A stretch of DNA of 64,000 nucleotides from Bacteroidota bacterium (GCA_043783155.1 JAYVZS010000141.1:5428-69427), one strand, 5' to 3'. Positions 10,216 to 20,511 are shown, numbered from the stretch's first letter. Translations and numbers: made by a program. The notes: generated by a model not told the origin, from the sequence alone.

Positions 10216-10608
10216 CTAAAGTTCCTTTAATTTGTTGACGAGAATGTTGAGAAAATTGGTAAGCGGCTTAATTGCCATCATTTTCATCATCGGGTTCAGA
10301 TCTGCATCAAAAGCAAGCTGAACAGCGCACTGGCTTTGCAAATCCTCGATCATACAACTAAGCGTAAAGTCAAAAGGAGCGCTGCCGTTTTTGATCACCT
10401 TGATCAGACTATTCGGAGTTTTTTCTACGATCTTCATCCCAAGCGTTGCCATCCCTTTAATGGTAAATGTACATTCGTCAGCCGTCGATTTCCAGCCGAC
10501 CACCTGTTCCGGCATCAGCTTCTGAAAGTTGTTGAAATCACTTAAGAAGTCAAACGCTTCTTTCGCTGTTTTGTTGATGGTTGTTTTGTCGCTCTCTATT
10601 CTTGTCAT
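10216..10608 (-). CDS. SRPBCC (polyketide cyclase/START-like) family protein
   Basis: This is a 130 aa protein with the pattern ...AKEAFDFLSDFNNFQKLMP..., typical of SRPBCC small-ligand-binding proteins. Confidence 0.45.
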   Translation of the reverse strand: MTRIESDKTTINKTAKEAFDFLSDFNNFQKLMPEQVVGWKSTADECTFTIKGMATLGMKIVEKTPNSLIKVIKNGSAPFDFTLSCMIEDLQSQCAVQLAFDADLNPMMKMMAIKPLTNFLNILVNKLKEL

Positions 10609-10711
10609 GGGTGCGTCAAATTAATTAGCACAACTTAATATCAAATTATCAAATTTTTTCTCCGTTTCTCCCATTCACCGATTCATCTTTGTCTATCAAC
10701 TGCCGATTGGC

Positions 10712-11353
10712 TTACCTTCCCCACGTCTCCGGCGATTCCCGCCATGCCCGAAGCGTTTTCAAATCCTCTTCCGTTATGAATTTACTCTCCACTGCTTTTT
10801 CAATCAGGACATCATAATTACTCAATGAATACATCGGGCATTTGCCTTTTTTAAAATTGTCGGTGGCTGTTTTAAATCCGTAGGTGAAAACTGAAAGCAT
10901 CCCGTTCACTTTACAACCGGCATCACGCAATGCTTTCACCGCTTTCAATGAACTTTGTCCGGTTGAAATTAAATCTTCAATAACGATTACGGATTGCCCG
11001 GGAATAATTTCTCCTTCGATCAGGTTTTCTCTTCCGTGATCTTTCGGGGATGACCTCACATAAACAAAAGGAAGCCCGAGTGCTTCTGCTACAAGCGCCC
11101 CTTGTGCAATTGCTGCTGTGGCAACGCCGGCAATCACATCCGGTTTACCGAATATTTCTTCAATCACTTTTACCAATGCCTGGCGAATAAACGTTCTTAC
11201 TTTCGGATGAGAAAGTGAAATACGATTGTCACAATAAATCGGCGACTTCCATCCCGACGCCCATGTAAACGGCTGATTGGGTTGTAACCGGATTGCTTTT
11301 ATCTGCAACAGAAACTCGGCGATTTTTAAAGAGGTTTCATCTTTTTGAGACAT
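10712..11353 (-). CDS. pyrE: orotate phosphoribosyltransferase
   Basis: The PRPP-binding motif VIVIEDLISTGQS is present, and the N-terminus is the type I OPRTase helical region (AEFLLQIKAIRL). Confidence 0.9.
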   Translation of the reverse strand: MSQKDETSLKIAEFLLQIKAIRLQPNQPFTWASGWKSPIYCDNRISLSHPKVRTFIRQALVKVIEEIFGKPDVIAGVATAAIAQGALVAEALGLPFVYVRSSPKDHGRENLIEGEIIPGQSVIVIEDLISTGQSSLKAVKALRDAGCKVNGMLSVFTYGFKTATDNFKKGKCPMYSLSNYDVLIEKAVESKFITEEDLKTLRAWRESPETWGR

Positions 11354-11466
11354 GGGGCAAACATACGCAGGAGGCTTTGAGTTTGCAAGGGTTTAGATTA
11401 GATAGTGTTTAAGTCCGTAAGTGTTTCTATGTTTAAGGATTGACACATTTTGTTTAAAGATTTTCT

Positions 11467-12156
11467 TTGATCAACGGAAATTTCTTACGTACTTACATAC
11501 TTAAGCACATCAACACTTCAACACTTCCGCCCTTGCATACCGTCTTCATCAACGACAAGCCACTACATTTCATCAGCACGTATGATAAAATCGAACTTGA
11601 AAATGCGAAAGAGAATGTGATTTTTTCCGAGCATGATAAAAGCATGGCTGAACTAATTTCTATACTTGAAAATAAAGACGAACCATCCGAATTATTTTAT
11701 CTCTCTGAAAATCCGGATGCAAGTTGGGAGCTTTTTCTTTCTCAATGTTCATTGATTGAAGCTGCCGGCGGACTGGTACAAAATAAAAAGGATGAGTTTC
11801 TCCTGATCTTCCGGCTTGGCAAATGGGATTTACCAAAAGGAAAACTTGAATACGATGAATCGGCTGAAGAAGCCGCCATCCGGGAAGTAGAAGAAGAATG
11901 CGGCATCGACAAACTCTCAATATTAAAAAAGCTTCCGATTACTTTTCATACGTATATCCTGAACAAAAAAAGAAAATTAAAAAAGACTCATTGGTTTCTG
12001 ATGCAAACAGAAAGCAGCGATAATCTTATTCCTCAAAAAGAAGAAGACATACAGGAAGCCCGCTGGATGAAAGAAAAAGAAATTAAGTCGAAGGTATTTG
12101 CAAATACGTATACATCTGTTGGCGAATTGCTCCACAACTTTCTTGAGAAAAAATAG
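11467..12156 (+). CDS. NUDIX hydrolase with an N-terminal extension (the ORF as drawn begins at a TTG; the first in-frame ATG is at 11644)
   Basis: The Nudix box is GKWDLPKGKLEYDESAEEAAIREVEEECGI. Confidence 0.7.
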   Translation: MINGNFLRTYILKHINTSTLPPLHTVFINDKPLHFISTYDKIELENAKENVIFSEHDKSMAELISILENKDEPSELFYLSENPDASWELFLSQCSLIEAAGGLVQNKKDEFLLIFRLGKWDLPKGKLEYDESAEEAAIREVEEECGIDKLSILKKLPITFHTYILNKKRKLKKTHWFLMQTESSDNLIPQKEEDIQEARWMKEKEIKSKVFANTYTSVGELLHNFLEKK

Positions 12157-12164
12157 TTTGATCC

Positions 12165-12620
12165 TTAAATTTTTACCCCGGCCGGTACAAATGCCGATAC
12201 ATCACCGTTGTAAAGTAAAATATCGCGCACAATAGTAGAAGAAATGTGCGACAATGCCGGATCGGAAACAAGAAAAACAGTTTCAATCTCCGGAGCCATG
12301 GTACGGTTCATCTGTGCGATGGCGCGTTCAAATTCAAAATCGGCTGACGTGCGCAAACCCCGAAGAATATAATTGGCATTGATCTCTTTGCAAAAATTAA
12401 CGGTGAGACCGCTGTAATGCATCACCTTGATTTTTGATTCTCCGGCAAAAACATTTTTGATAAAATGTTCGCGCCTGTCCTGGGAAAAATAGTAATGCTT
12501 GCCGGTATTCTGCCCGATACCAATTATAATTTCATCGAAGAACGAAAGAGCCCGTTTCACAATGCTTTCATGACCACGTGTGATGGGATCGAAGGAACCG
12601 GGGAAGACTGCAATTTTCAT
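12165..12620 (-). CDS. coaD: phosphopantetheine adenylyltransferase
   Basis: The N-terminus MKIAVFPGSFDPITRGHESIVKRA carries the HxGH-type nucleotidyltransferase motif. The ISSTIVR motif is near the C-terminus. Confidence 0.9.
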   Translation of the reverse strand: MKIAVFPGSFDPITRGHESIVKRALSFFDEIIIGIGQNTGKHYYFSQDRREHFIKNVFAGESKIKVMHYSGLTVNFCKEINANYILRGLRTSADFEFERAIAQMNRTMAPEIETVFLVSDPALSHISSTIVRDILLYNGDVSAFVPAGVKI

Positions 12621-12650
12621 CAGCATTAAATATATGATGCGAATATACGA

Positions 12651-12754
12651 AACCGTTTAAAATTCATTTCAAATATTCGCTATTGAATATGCTTCGACTT
12701 CGCTCAGCATGACCTCGTGCACGATGTCACCCTGAGCGAAGTCGAAGGGTGAGC
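12651..12754 (-). repeat. ~105 bp intergenic repeat element, copy 1: an AT-rich arm followed by a nested GC-rich hairpin (CTTCGACTTCGCTCAG ... CTGAGCGAAGTCGAAG, with an inner TCGTGCACGA palindrome)
   Basis: Nearly identical to the reverse complement of 33097-33220. The 16 nt arms 12693-12708 and 12732-12747 are exact reverse complements. Confidence 0.7.
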
Positions 12755-12815
12755 CGGCTATAACATTTTCTCACATAGAAATTTAAACAGTTTCTACAAA
12801 GAGAGAGATAATAAA

Positions 12816-13355
12816 TCATTTCATTCCTTTGAAAATACTAAATGCGCAATTCCCGTATTTCCGTATTTCATCGGGCTGGACAATGCTTTGAAGTTTTCGT
12901 TTTGCCTGGTGCTCGACGATTAACCAGCCACCTTCATTCAACAACTTTTTTTCCATCACGATGTCGGGAATTTTATCTGTTGTTACCAATTCATAAGGCG
13001 GATCAGCAAAAATGATGTCGTAGGTTGAATCATTCTTTTCAAGAAAACGAAATACATCGGCACGAACTGTTTTTGCCTTTTGCAAATCGAGTTTCCTGAA
13101 TGTCTCACTCGCAAATTTAACACAGTGAACATTTTCATCCACGGCAACAATATTCGAACTTCCACGTGAACCGAATTCAAAACTGATGTTGCCGGTACCG
13201 CAGAATAAATCAAGCACAGAAATTTCTTCAAAGTCAAAATAATTCATCAGGATATTGAAGATACCTGTTTTTGCGAAGTCAGTGGTGGGTCGCACAGGCA
13301 GCTGATTTGGAGCCGTGATAATTTTTCCCTTAAAGATACCGCTTATGATTCGCAC
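12816..13355 (-). CDS. rsmD: 16S rRNA (guanine966-N2)-methyltransferase
   Basis: The SAM-binding motif LDLFCGTGNISFEFGSRG and the DPPY motif (IIFADPPYE) are present. It is ~180 aa long. Confidence 0.85.
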   Translation of the reverse strand: MRIISGIFKGKIITAPNQLPVRPTTDFAKTGIFNILMNYFDFEEISVLDLFCGTGNISFEFGSRGSSNIVAVDENVHCVKFASETFRKLDLQKAKTVRADVFRFLEKNDSTYDIIFADPPYELVTTDKIPDIVMEKKLLNEGGWLIVEHQAKRKLQSIVQPDEIRKYGNCAFSIFKGMK

Positions 13356-14245
13356 AATGCAAGACTAAACAGGTTGAAATAAAAATGTGCGGGAATTTCT
13401 TTGAACACATAACTGAAATCGAAGACATTTAAACGAGGTGCAAAACTGATGTTCCGGATGTATTTGTAAAGCGCGTGATACGCGATAGATTCTTTCTCAA
13501 CCCCACCCATTAAAAAAGCAGAAACCGTTTCAGGATTCAACTGCAGACGGTCGCAGGCAAACATGACATAGTACAACAGGTCATCGCTGTTTTTATAACC
13601 GAATGAGTTAATAAAAATTAATTTCTTCCCTTCAGTGACAATGATATCGACAAAGCCCTCGCGGATGTTTAACAACAACGTTTTGTCATTTGATTTTTTA
13701 AATGAAAGGAAGATGCCTTCAAGTAAAGAGGTAGCATGATGATGAATAGCCGGCTGATTAAAAATATGATTCATCGCATCTTCTACCGGCTTTGAAACAG
13801 CGAACGTATTTACAGTATCGAACGAACGGATACTTTCAGCATGAATGACCGCATTGGTATCACTGAAATTAAAATGAAAATATTTCTCCGCATCCTCTTT
13901 CCTGAATAATGCAGAAGGAACAAGCGTAGACAGTTCATTCACGACAGCCACAGAAGTATTTTTAAATCGATCGTTTTTAAGGATCCTGCTTTGCTCGGAA
14001 ATTTCTTTCAGCCAAATTGCCTGTCTCAACGGATCGGGAATACTGTTCGTCCGGAAAACTTCCATCGCAAGAAATTTATTTTTCTTTCTATCGAGAAGTG
14101 CGAGGGCAAATTCAGAGGAGGAAACACTTGAAAACAAATCGCAGACAATATCCTTCTTCATCTCCAGGGATTCATCCCTGAAGAAAATAGCCGCTCCAGG
14201 ATTTTTAGTGCTGAATTTGAAAATATTATCTGTTGCTGAATTCAC
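13343..14245 (-). CDS. hypothetical protein, possibly DUF3822 family (commonly found next to rsmD/coaD in Bacteroidota)
   Basis: A 300 aa ORF with coding-like composition and no recognisable catalytic motif. The family guess comes from gene context. Confidence 0.35.
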   Translation of the reverse strand: MNSATDNIFKFSTKNPGAAIFFRDESLEMKKDIVCDLFSSVSSSEFALALLDRKKNKFLAMEVFRTNSIPDPLRQAIWLKEISEQSRILKNDRFKNTSVAVVNELSTLVPSALFRKEDAEKYFHFNFSDTNAVIHAESIRSFDTVNTFAVSKPVEDAMNHIFNQPAIHHHATSLLEGIFLSFKKSNDKTLLLNIREGFVDIIVTEGKKLIFINSFGYKNSDDLLYYVMFACDRLQLNPETVSAFLMGGVEKESIAYHALYKYIRNISFAPRLNVFDFSYVFKEIPAHFYFNLFSLALCES

Positions 14246-14334
14246 GACATTCTTAGTTTGAACAGAACAAATCTACATTATTTTAGAAAGAAGGAAAGAT
14301 GCAATCTATTTTTTTAAGTTTGCAACCCGAAATT

Positions 14335-14409
14335 GCGCTGTTAGCTCAGTTGGTTTAGAGCATCGCCTCGACAAGGCGGGGGTCAGTGGTTCGAGTCCAC
14401 TACAGCGCA
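14335..14409 (+). tRNA. tRNA-Val (anticodon GAC)
   Basis: A cloverleaf can be drawn by hand: acceptor GCGCTGT/ACAGCGC, D-stem GCTC/GAGC, anticodon stem TCGCC/GGCGG with loop TCGACAA, T-stem AGTGG/CCACT with loop TTCGAGT. The architecture is almost identical to E. coli tRNA-Val(GAC). Position 33 is C rather than U. Confidence 0.85.
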
Positions 14410-14436
14410 CTTATTAGTTTTGAGTTCGGGGTTCTT

Positions 14437-15045
14437 TCAGATTACTTTGATAATCATCCTCAATCCGAAAACCACCAGCACTGAACCGACAGTCCAGTTG
14501 ATCCAATGCAAAACGGAAGCATTCAACAAATGAGAAATGCGGTTGGCAACAAATGATTTTAATAAATCGGTACTGAAGACGGTTCCTAAAACACAGGCGA
14601 AAAAAACCGCCTCGTGAAACTTTGTATAATCTTCTTTCAGCTTGACAAGCCCGATGATACCGATCCAGAATAATAACACGGCAGGATTCAGTGTATTCAT
14701 CGCAAAACCCTTCAGCATAAATTTCGCGTGAACGGTTTTTTTATCGTCATCCACTTCTTTGGGTTTTATCTTTCTGAAAAAATTAATCAAGCCAAAACCA
14801 ATCAGCAATAAACCACCAATCCATCCCATCGCGACTTTATATTTTCCGGCGAGATCAATCTGTGAAGCAAATGTATTGGCAATCAAAATGCAGCATGCGT
14901 CGCTCAGCAACACACCAACAGCGAGGTAAACACCTGCCTTGAAACCTTCGTGCAACGAGGTTTGCAGCAACGTAAAAAAAACCGGCCCCAGCATGATGGC
15001 GAGAACCAATCCGAAGACAATGCCGCTTATTATCGGGTCAAGCAT
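14437..15045 (-). CDS. LysE/RhtB family amino-acid exporter
   Basis: A 202 aa polytopic membrane protein with the N-terminus MLDPIISGIVFGLVLAIMLGPVFF, typical of LysE-type translocators. Confidence 0.75.
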   Translation of the reverse strand: MLDPIISGIVFGLVLAIMLGPVFFTLLQTSLHEGFKAGVYLAVGVLLSDACCILIANTFASQIDLAGKYKVAMGWIGGLLLIGFGLINFFRKIKPKEVDDDKKTVHAKFMLKGFAMNTLNPAVLLFWIGIIGLVKLKEDYTKFHEAVFFACVLGTVFSTDLLKSFVANRISHLLNASVLHWINWTVGSVLVVFGLRMIIKVI

Positions 15046-15080
15046 TTTTGATAAAGATCATTTTTTATTGTTAATAATTG

Positions 15081-15318
15081 AATCGGAGAAACGGAGAACG
15101 GGTGAATCGGAGTACCATCTCCACTTCTCCCGCTCTCCCTTTCGCCGTTTCTTCCACTCTCCGCTTCCAATATTTTTTTTCGCTCTCACTCACTTTCCCA
15201 CTCTCACACTCTCCCTTTCTCCCATTCTCCGTTTCAGCGATTCTTCCACTCCGTAATTCCAATATTCTCACGCTCTCACTTTCCCACTCTCCGATTCTCC
15301 CAATCGCCGTTTCTTTTT
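15081..15318. repeat. ~240 bp pyrimidine-rich low-complexity element bounded by ~30 bp terminal inverted repeats (MITE-like)
   Basis: The left end AATCGGAGAAACGGAGAACGGGTGAATCGGAG (15081-15112) matches the reverse complement of the right end CTCCGATTCTCCCAATCGCCGTTTC (15289-15313). The interior consists of three degenerate ~80 bp CT-rich direct repeats (CGCTCTCAC...CCACTCTCC...CCAATATT). Confidence 0.6.
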
Positions 15319-16842
15319 TTATTCAAAATTCAAAAACCTCTCCCACTCCTCCAACTGCGTCGGTTTCATTACACGTGGAAATTTATTTTGTCCACCGAGT
15401 CTTCCCTTACTTGCCATAAACCGGTAAAATTTTTCTACAGGAACCAATTCAACAACAACATCTCTCAACGCGCTTCTTCGTTCCACTTCGTAATCATCGT
15501 TCAATAATTTTAATGTGGAATCAAGATATTGTCCCAATTCTTTTTTATCAGCCTGCGCACTTGTGCCGAGAAACCATTTGTGTGCAAATGTTCCTTCGCT
15601 CGGAATTCCTGCCACCGTAAATTCAGAAATCTCCATGTTGAATTTCTGTGAAAGTTGTTCCACCGCCTTGTTCATGTTATCAACGGAAAGATGTTCTCCG
15701 ACCAAACTAAGAAAATGTTTTGTACGGCCACTGATAATGATCTCAGCATTTTCTTTTGAGGTAAAACGAACAACATCACCAATCAGGTAACGCCATGCTC
15801 CTGCGCATGTGCTGAGCAAGATCGCGTAATCTTTTCCCTCCTCCACTTCATTCACCAAAAGAGTCTGCGCGTTCTCAACCGGTTCTCCATTCGCGTCAAA
15901 ATTCTTTTCATCAAAAGGTATGAACTCGAAAAAAATACCGTTGTTCAGAATCAGTTTCATCGAATGACTTCCCGGCTCCGACTGGAAAGCGATGAAACCT
16001 TCTGATGCGGGATACATCTCAATATAATGAATGGGGTGAGCGAAAAATTTCTCAAAACTTTTTTTGTAGGGTTCAAACGAAACACCTCCATGCGCATACA
16101 CTTCGAGATTCGGCCAGATATCGTGAATCGTTTTCAGGTTGTAATGAGTAATCACTTTCTCCATGAGCAGTTGCACCCATGCAGGCACGCCGGTGATGAT
16201 GCCGATGTCCCAGTTGTGTGCCTGCCTTGTAATTTCTTCCAGCTTGATGTTCCAGTCTTTTTCTTTCGATATTTTTTTTCCGGGCTTGTAATATTTCTGA
16301 AACCAGATCGGAACCCGTCGAGCGGAAATTCCGCTTACATCACCTTCGTAATAGCCGCCGTACTTTTTTAAATCGGTGCTGCCACCGAGCCAGAGAATTC
16401 CTTTTTCAAAAAATGCAGCGGGCAAATCATATTTGCTTAACGTCATCATCTGTCGGATACTTGCTTTGCGAAGAGCTTTCACCATTTCGCGTGTGACAGG
16501 AATGTGCTTGCTGGCACTCTCTGAAGTTCCTGAACTCAAGGCAAAATATTTTACACGACCGTTCCACGATACATTTTCTTCGCCGGCAAGACAGCGGTGC
16601 CACCATTTTTCAAACATGGAATTGTAATTGAACACCGGTACGTGTTCCTGGAACTGCCGTACGAAATTCCTGGCATATAAAAATTCAGAGAACTTATACT
16701 CGTTTGCAAAAGAGGTGAACTCAGCGGTACGCAGCAACTTCTTTAAAACTCTTCGCTGTTGCTGGATAGGAGTTTGCTCCCTCCGCTTCACACGCTGCGA
16801 AAGTTTCAATCCTTGTTTAATCAATGCACCGAGTACTGGCAT
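15319..16842 (-). CDS. GH3 auxin-responsive-promoter family protein (acyl-adenylate-forming amido synthetase-like)
   Basis: It is ~507 aa with a family-typical N-terminus and conserved blocks (…YALSSGTSE…, …GVPAWVQLL…). The assignment is from memory of the bacterial GH3 family. Confidence 0.65.
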   Translation of the reverse strand: MPVLGALIKQGLKLSQRVKRREQTPIQQQRRVLKKLLRTAEFTSFANEYKFSEFLYARNFVRQFQEHVPVFNYNSMFEKWWHRCLAGEENVSWNGRVKYFALSSGTSESASKHIPVTREMVKALRKASIRQMMTLSKYDLPAAFFEKGILWLGGSTDLKKYGGYYEGDVSGISARRVPIWFQKYYKPGKKISKEKDWNIKLEEITRQAHNWDIGIITGVPAWVQLLMEKVITHYNLKTIHDIWPNLEVYAHGGVSFEPYKKSFEKFFAHPIHYIEMYPASEGFIAFQSEPGSHSMKLILNNGIFFEFIPFDEKNFDANGEPVENAQTLLVNEVEEGKDYAILLSTCAGAWRYLIGDVVRFTSKENAEIIISGRTKHFLSLVGEHLSVDNMNKAVEQLSQKFNMEISEFTVAGIPSEGTFAHKWFLGTSAQADKKELGQYLDSTLKLLNDDYEVERRSALRDVVVELVPVEKFYRFMASKGRLGGQNKFPRVMKPTQLEEWERFLNFE

Positions 16843-16999
16843 TTATTTTTGTTGGAATGCGACCCGCTTATTGCGGGCTGTTGCGAACAAAAATACTCAT
16901 TGAAAGATGAAAAGCAATTATGAAATCTTTAAACGGTAAATTGTTTAAAACAAAAAAGCCGTCACGTAAAACACGCCGCGGCCCTTTCAATAACATCAT

Positions 17000-17025
17000 T
17001 TCTAATTATGAAATCATAATTAGAA
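17000..17025. promoter_or_regulatory. perfect 12+12 bp palindrome TTCTAATTATGA-aa-TCATAATTAGAA in the icd/GH3 intergenic region
   Basis: The arms 17000-17011 and 17014-17025 are exact reverse complements. A half-site copy AATTATGAAATC also occurs at 16916-16927. Confidence 0.4.
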
Positions 17026-17117
17026 GCGGTCTCAAAATAAATCTGACTTTCATTTGGATAAATATTTCACGCAAGGGGCGCTGAGAAACAGATAAGCTTT
17101 GCATTTTGAAATGACCT

Positions 17118-18419
17118 CTACATATTCTTAATAATCTCTGTTCCGAATTCAGAGCACTTCAATAATGTTGCACCCGGCATCAGCCGTTCGAAATCGTACG
17201 TGACACGTTTGGAAGCAATGCTCTTCTCAATTCCTTTGTAAATAAGATTCGCGGCTTCAATCCATCCAAGATGTTCAAACATCATGGCACCGCTCAGAAT
17301 CACGGAGCCAGGATTTACCTTATCCAGTCCGGCATACTTCGGTGCTGTTCCATGTGTCGCTTCAAAAATAGCATGACCGGTAACACCGTTGATGTTCGCG
17401 CCCGGAGCAATTCCGATTCCGCCGACCTGTGCTGCCAATGCATCACTCAGATAATCTCCGTTTAGATTCAATGTTGCAATCACGTCAAAATCTTCAGGCC
17501 GTGTAAGTACCTGTTGTAATGTTATATCAGCAATGGAATCTTTGATGACGATGCCCGCTCCCGGTTTGCCGTCAGGAATTTTACACCACGGTCCGCCGTC
17601 AATTTCAACAGCCTCGAAAAAGTTTTTCGCAACCTGGTAAGCCCAATCGCGGAAAGCGCCTTCGGTAAATTTCATGATGTTACCCTTGTGAACAATCGTC
17701 ACGCTTTTTTTCTTGTGTTTGATCGCATACGAAATAGCGCTGTGAATCAAACGTTCTGTTCCGAGATTACTCACCGCTTTAATTCCGAGACCAACTTCAG
17801 TTGTGACGGTGCGTTTAGTGTATCCGATGTCTTCCAATTGTTTCTGCCAACTTTGTGATGCTTCATCTGTACCGAAACGAATTTTCTTAAAGTCCTTCGG
17901 AAATTCTTTGGCGATAAAATCAAGTATTTTTTTCGCTTCAGGAGTTCCCGCAGCATATTCGATACCGGCATAAATATCTTCTGTGTTCTCACGGAAGATC
18001 ACCATGTCAACGGCACCGGGATTTTTAACCGGCGATGGAACTCCTTCGAACCAACGCACGGGGCGAAGGCAAACAAACAGATCAAGAATCTGACGAAGTG
18101 CTACGTTCAGTGAACGGATACCTCCGCCGACAGGCGTTGTCAAAGGCCCTTTTATTCCAACTAAGTATTCCCTAAACGCATCAAGCGTTTCATCGGGTAG
18201 CCAGTTATTGGTTTTCTTGAATGATTTTTCGCCGGCAAGAACTTCTTTCCAGACGATTTTCTTTTTTCCATTGTATGCTTTTTCTACAGCAGCATCCAGC
18301 ACCCGCACTGATGCAGCCCAGATATCAGCCCCTGTTCCATCCCCTTCAATAAAAGGGATAATCGGATCATCAGGAACTTGCAGAATTCCCGCCTTCATGG
18401 TAATTTTATTTCCAGCCAT
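17118..18419 (-). CDS. icd: NADP-dependent isocitrate dehydrogenase (prokaryotic homodimeric type)
   Basis: The match to E. coli Icd as I remember it is collinear along the whole length ([84 protein letters not shown]...LLKCSEFG). Confidence 0.95.
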   Translation of the reverse strand: MAGNKITMKAGILQVPDDPIIPFIEGDGTGADIWAASVRVLDAAVEKAYNGKKKIVWKEVLAGEKSFKKTNNWLPDETLDAFREYLVGIKGPLTTPVGGGIRSLNVALRQILDLFVCLRPVRWFEGVPSPVKNPGAVDMVIFRENTEDIYAGIEYAAGTPEAKKILDFIAKEFPKDFKKIRFGTDEASQSWQKQLEDIGYTKRTVTTEVGLGIKAVSNLGTERLIHSAISYAIKHKKKSVTIVHKGNIMKFTEGAFRDWAYQVAKNFFEAVEIDGGPWCKIPDGKPGAGIVIKDSIADITLQQVLTRPEDFDVIATLNLNGDYLSDALAAQVGGIGIAPGANINGVTGHAIFEATHGTAPKYAGLDKVNPGSVILSGAMMFEHLGWIEAANLIYKGIEKSIASKRVTYDFERLMPGATLLKCSEFGTEIIKNM

Positions 18420-18463
18420 TGTGTCTTTTGATATTAAAATTGAGGCGCAAAAATAGGATTTAA

Positions 18464-20074
<1,611 letters not shown>

Positions 20075-20243
20075 GTAACGAAGTGATGAGGTAGCTAAGT
20101 AACGAGCTATAACTTCATCACTTAGTCAGCTCGTTACCCAATAACCAAAGTACAAATAAGAAACGAGGTGAATAAGTAACGAAGTTACGAGGTTTAACAT
20201 CATCACTTAGTCACCTCATCACCCAATAACCAAAGTACAACCA
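20075..20243 (+). repeat. structured duplicated element filling the atpD-atpC spacer: two ~80 nt units, each ending ...CATCACTTAGTCA(G/C)CTC(G/A)T(T/C)ACCCAATAACCAAAGTACAA, with long-range complementarity between GTGATGAGGTAGCTAAG and CTTAGTCACCTCATCAC
   Basis: Direct repeat by inspection (20112-20155 versus 20197-20240) plus an inverted complement (20084-20100 versus 20203-20219). Confidence 0.6.
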
Positions 20244-20483
20244 ATGCATCTCGAAATTATCACCCCCGATAAAAAAATCTACAGCGGAGAAGTTACCTCC
20301 GTCAGCGTTCCCGGCATGAGCGGGCGTTTCCAGATGTTGAAGAATCACGCTCCTATTATCTCTACGTTGATGAATGGAAAAGTAAAAGTGAAAGACAGCG
20401 AAGGCGAAAAAGAGTTTGATGTAAAAGGCGGCGTGGTAGAAAATTTGGATAATAAGATTGTGATTCTCGCAGAGTCAGTATAG
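20244..20483 (+). CDS. atpC: F0F1 ATP synthase subunit epsilon
   Basis: It is 79 aa and begins MHLEIITPDKKIYSGEVTSVSVPGMSGRFQMLKNHAP, which is typical of epsilon. Confidence 0.9.
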   Translation: MHLEIITPDKKIYSGEVTSVSVPGMSGRFQMLKNHAPIISTLMNGKVKVKDSEGEKEFDVKGGVVENLDNKIVILAESV

Positions 20484-20511
20484 AGAGGCGAGATATTAGA
20501 TTCAAGAATCA

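Noticed and set aside
15071-15419. ORFs 15071-15271 (-) and 15078-15419 (+) inside the CT/GA-rich element
   Set aside because: The low-complexity repeat gives open frames on both strands. Peptides such as SLSLTFPLSHSPFLPFSVS are simple-sequence artefacts.
16855-16885. Short hairpin GCGACCCGC-ttatt-GCGGGCTG downstream of icd
   Set aside because: It is only a 5 bp stem with no adjacent T-run on the icd strand. That is insufficient for a terminator call.
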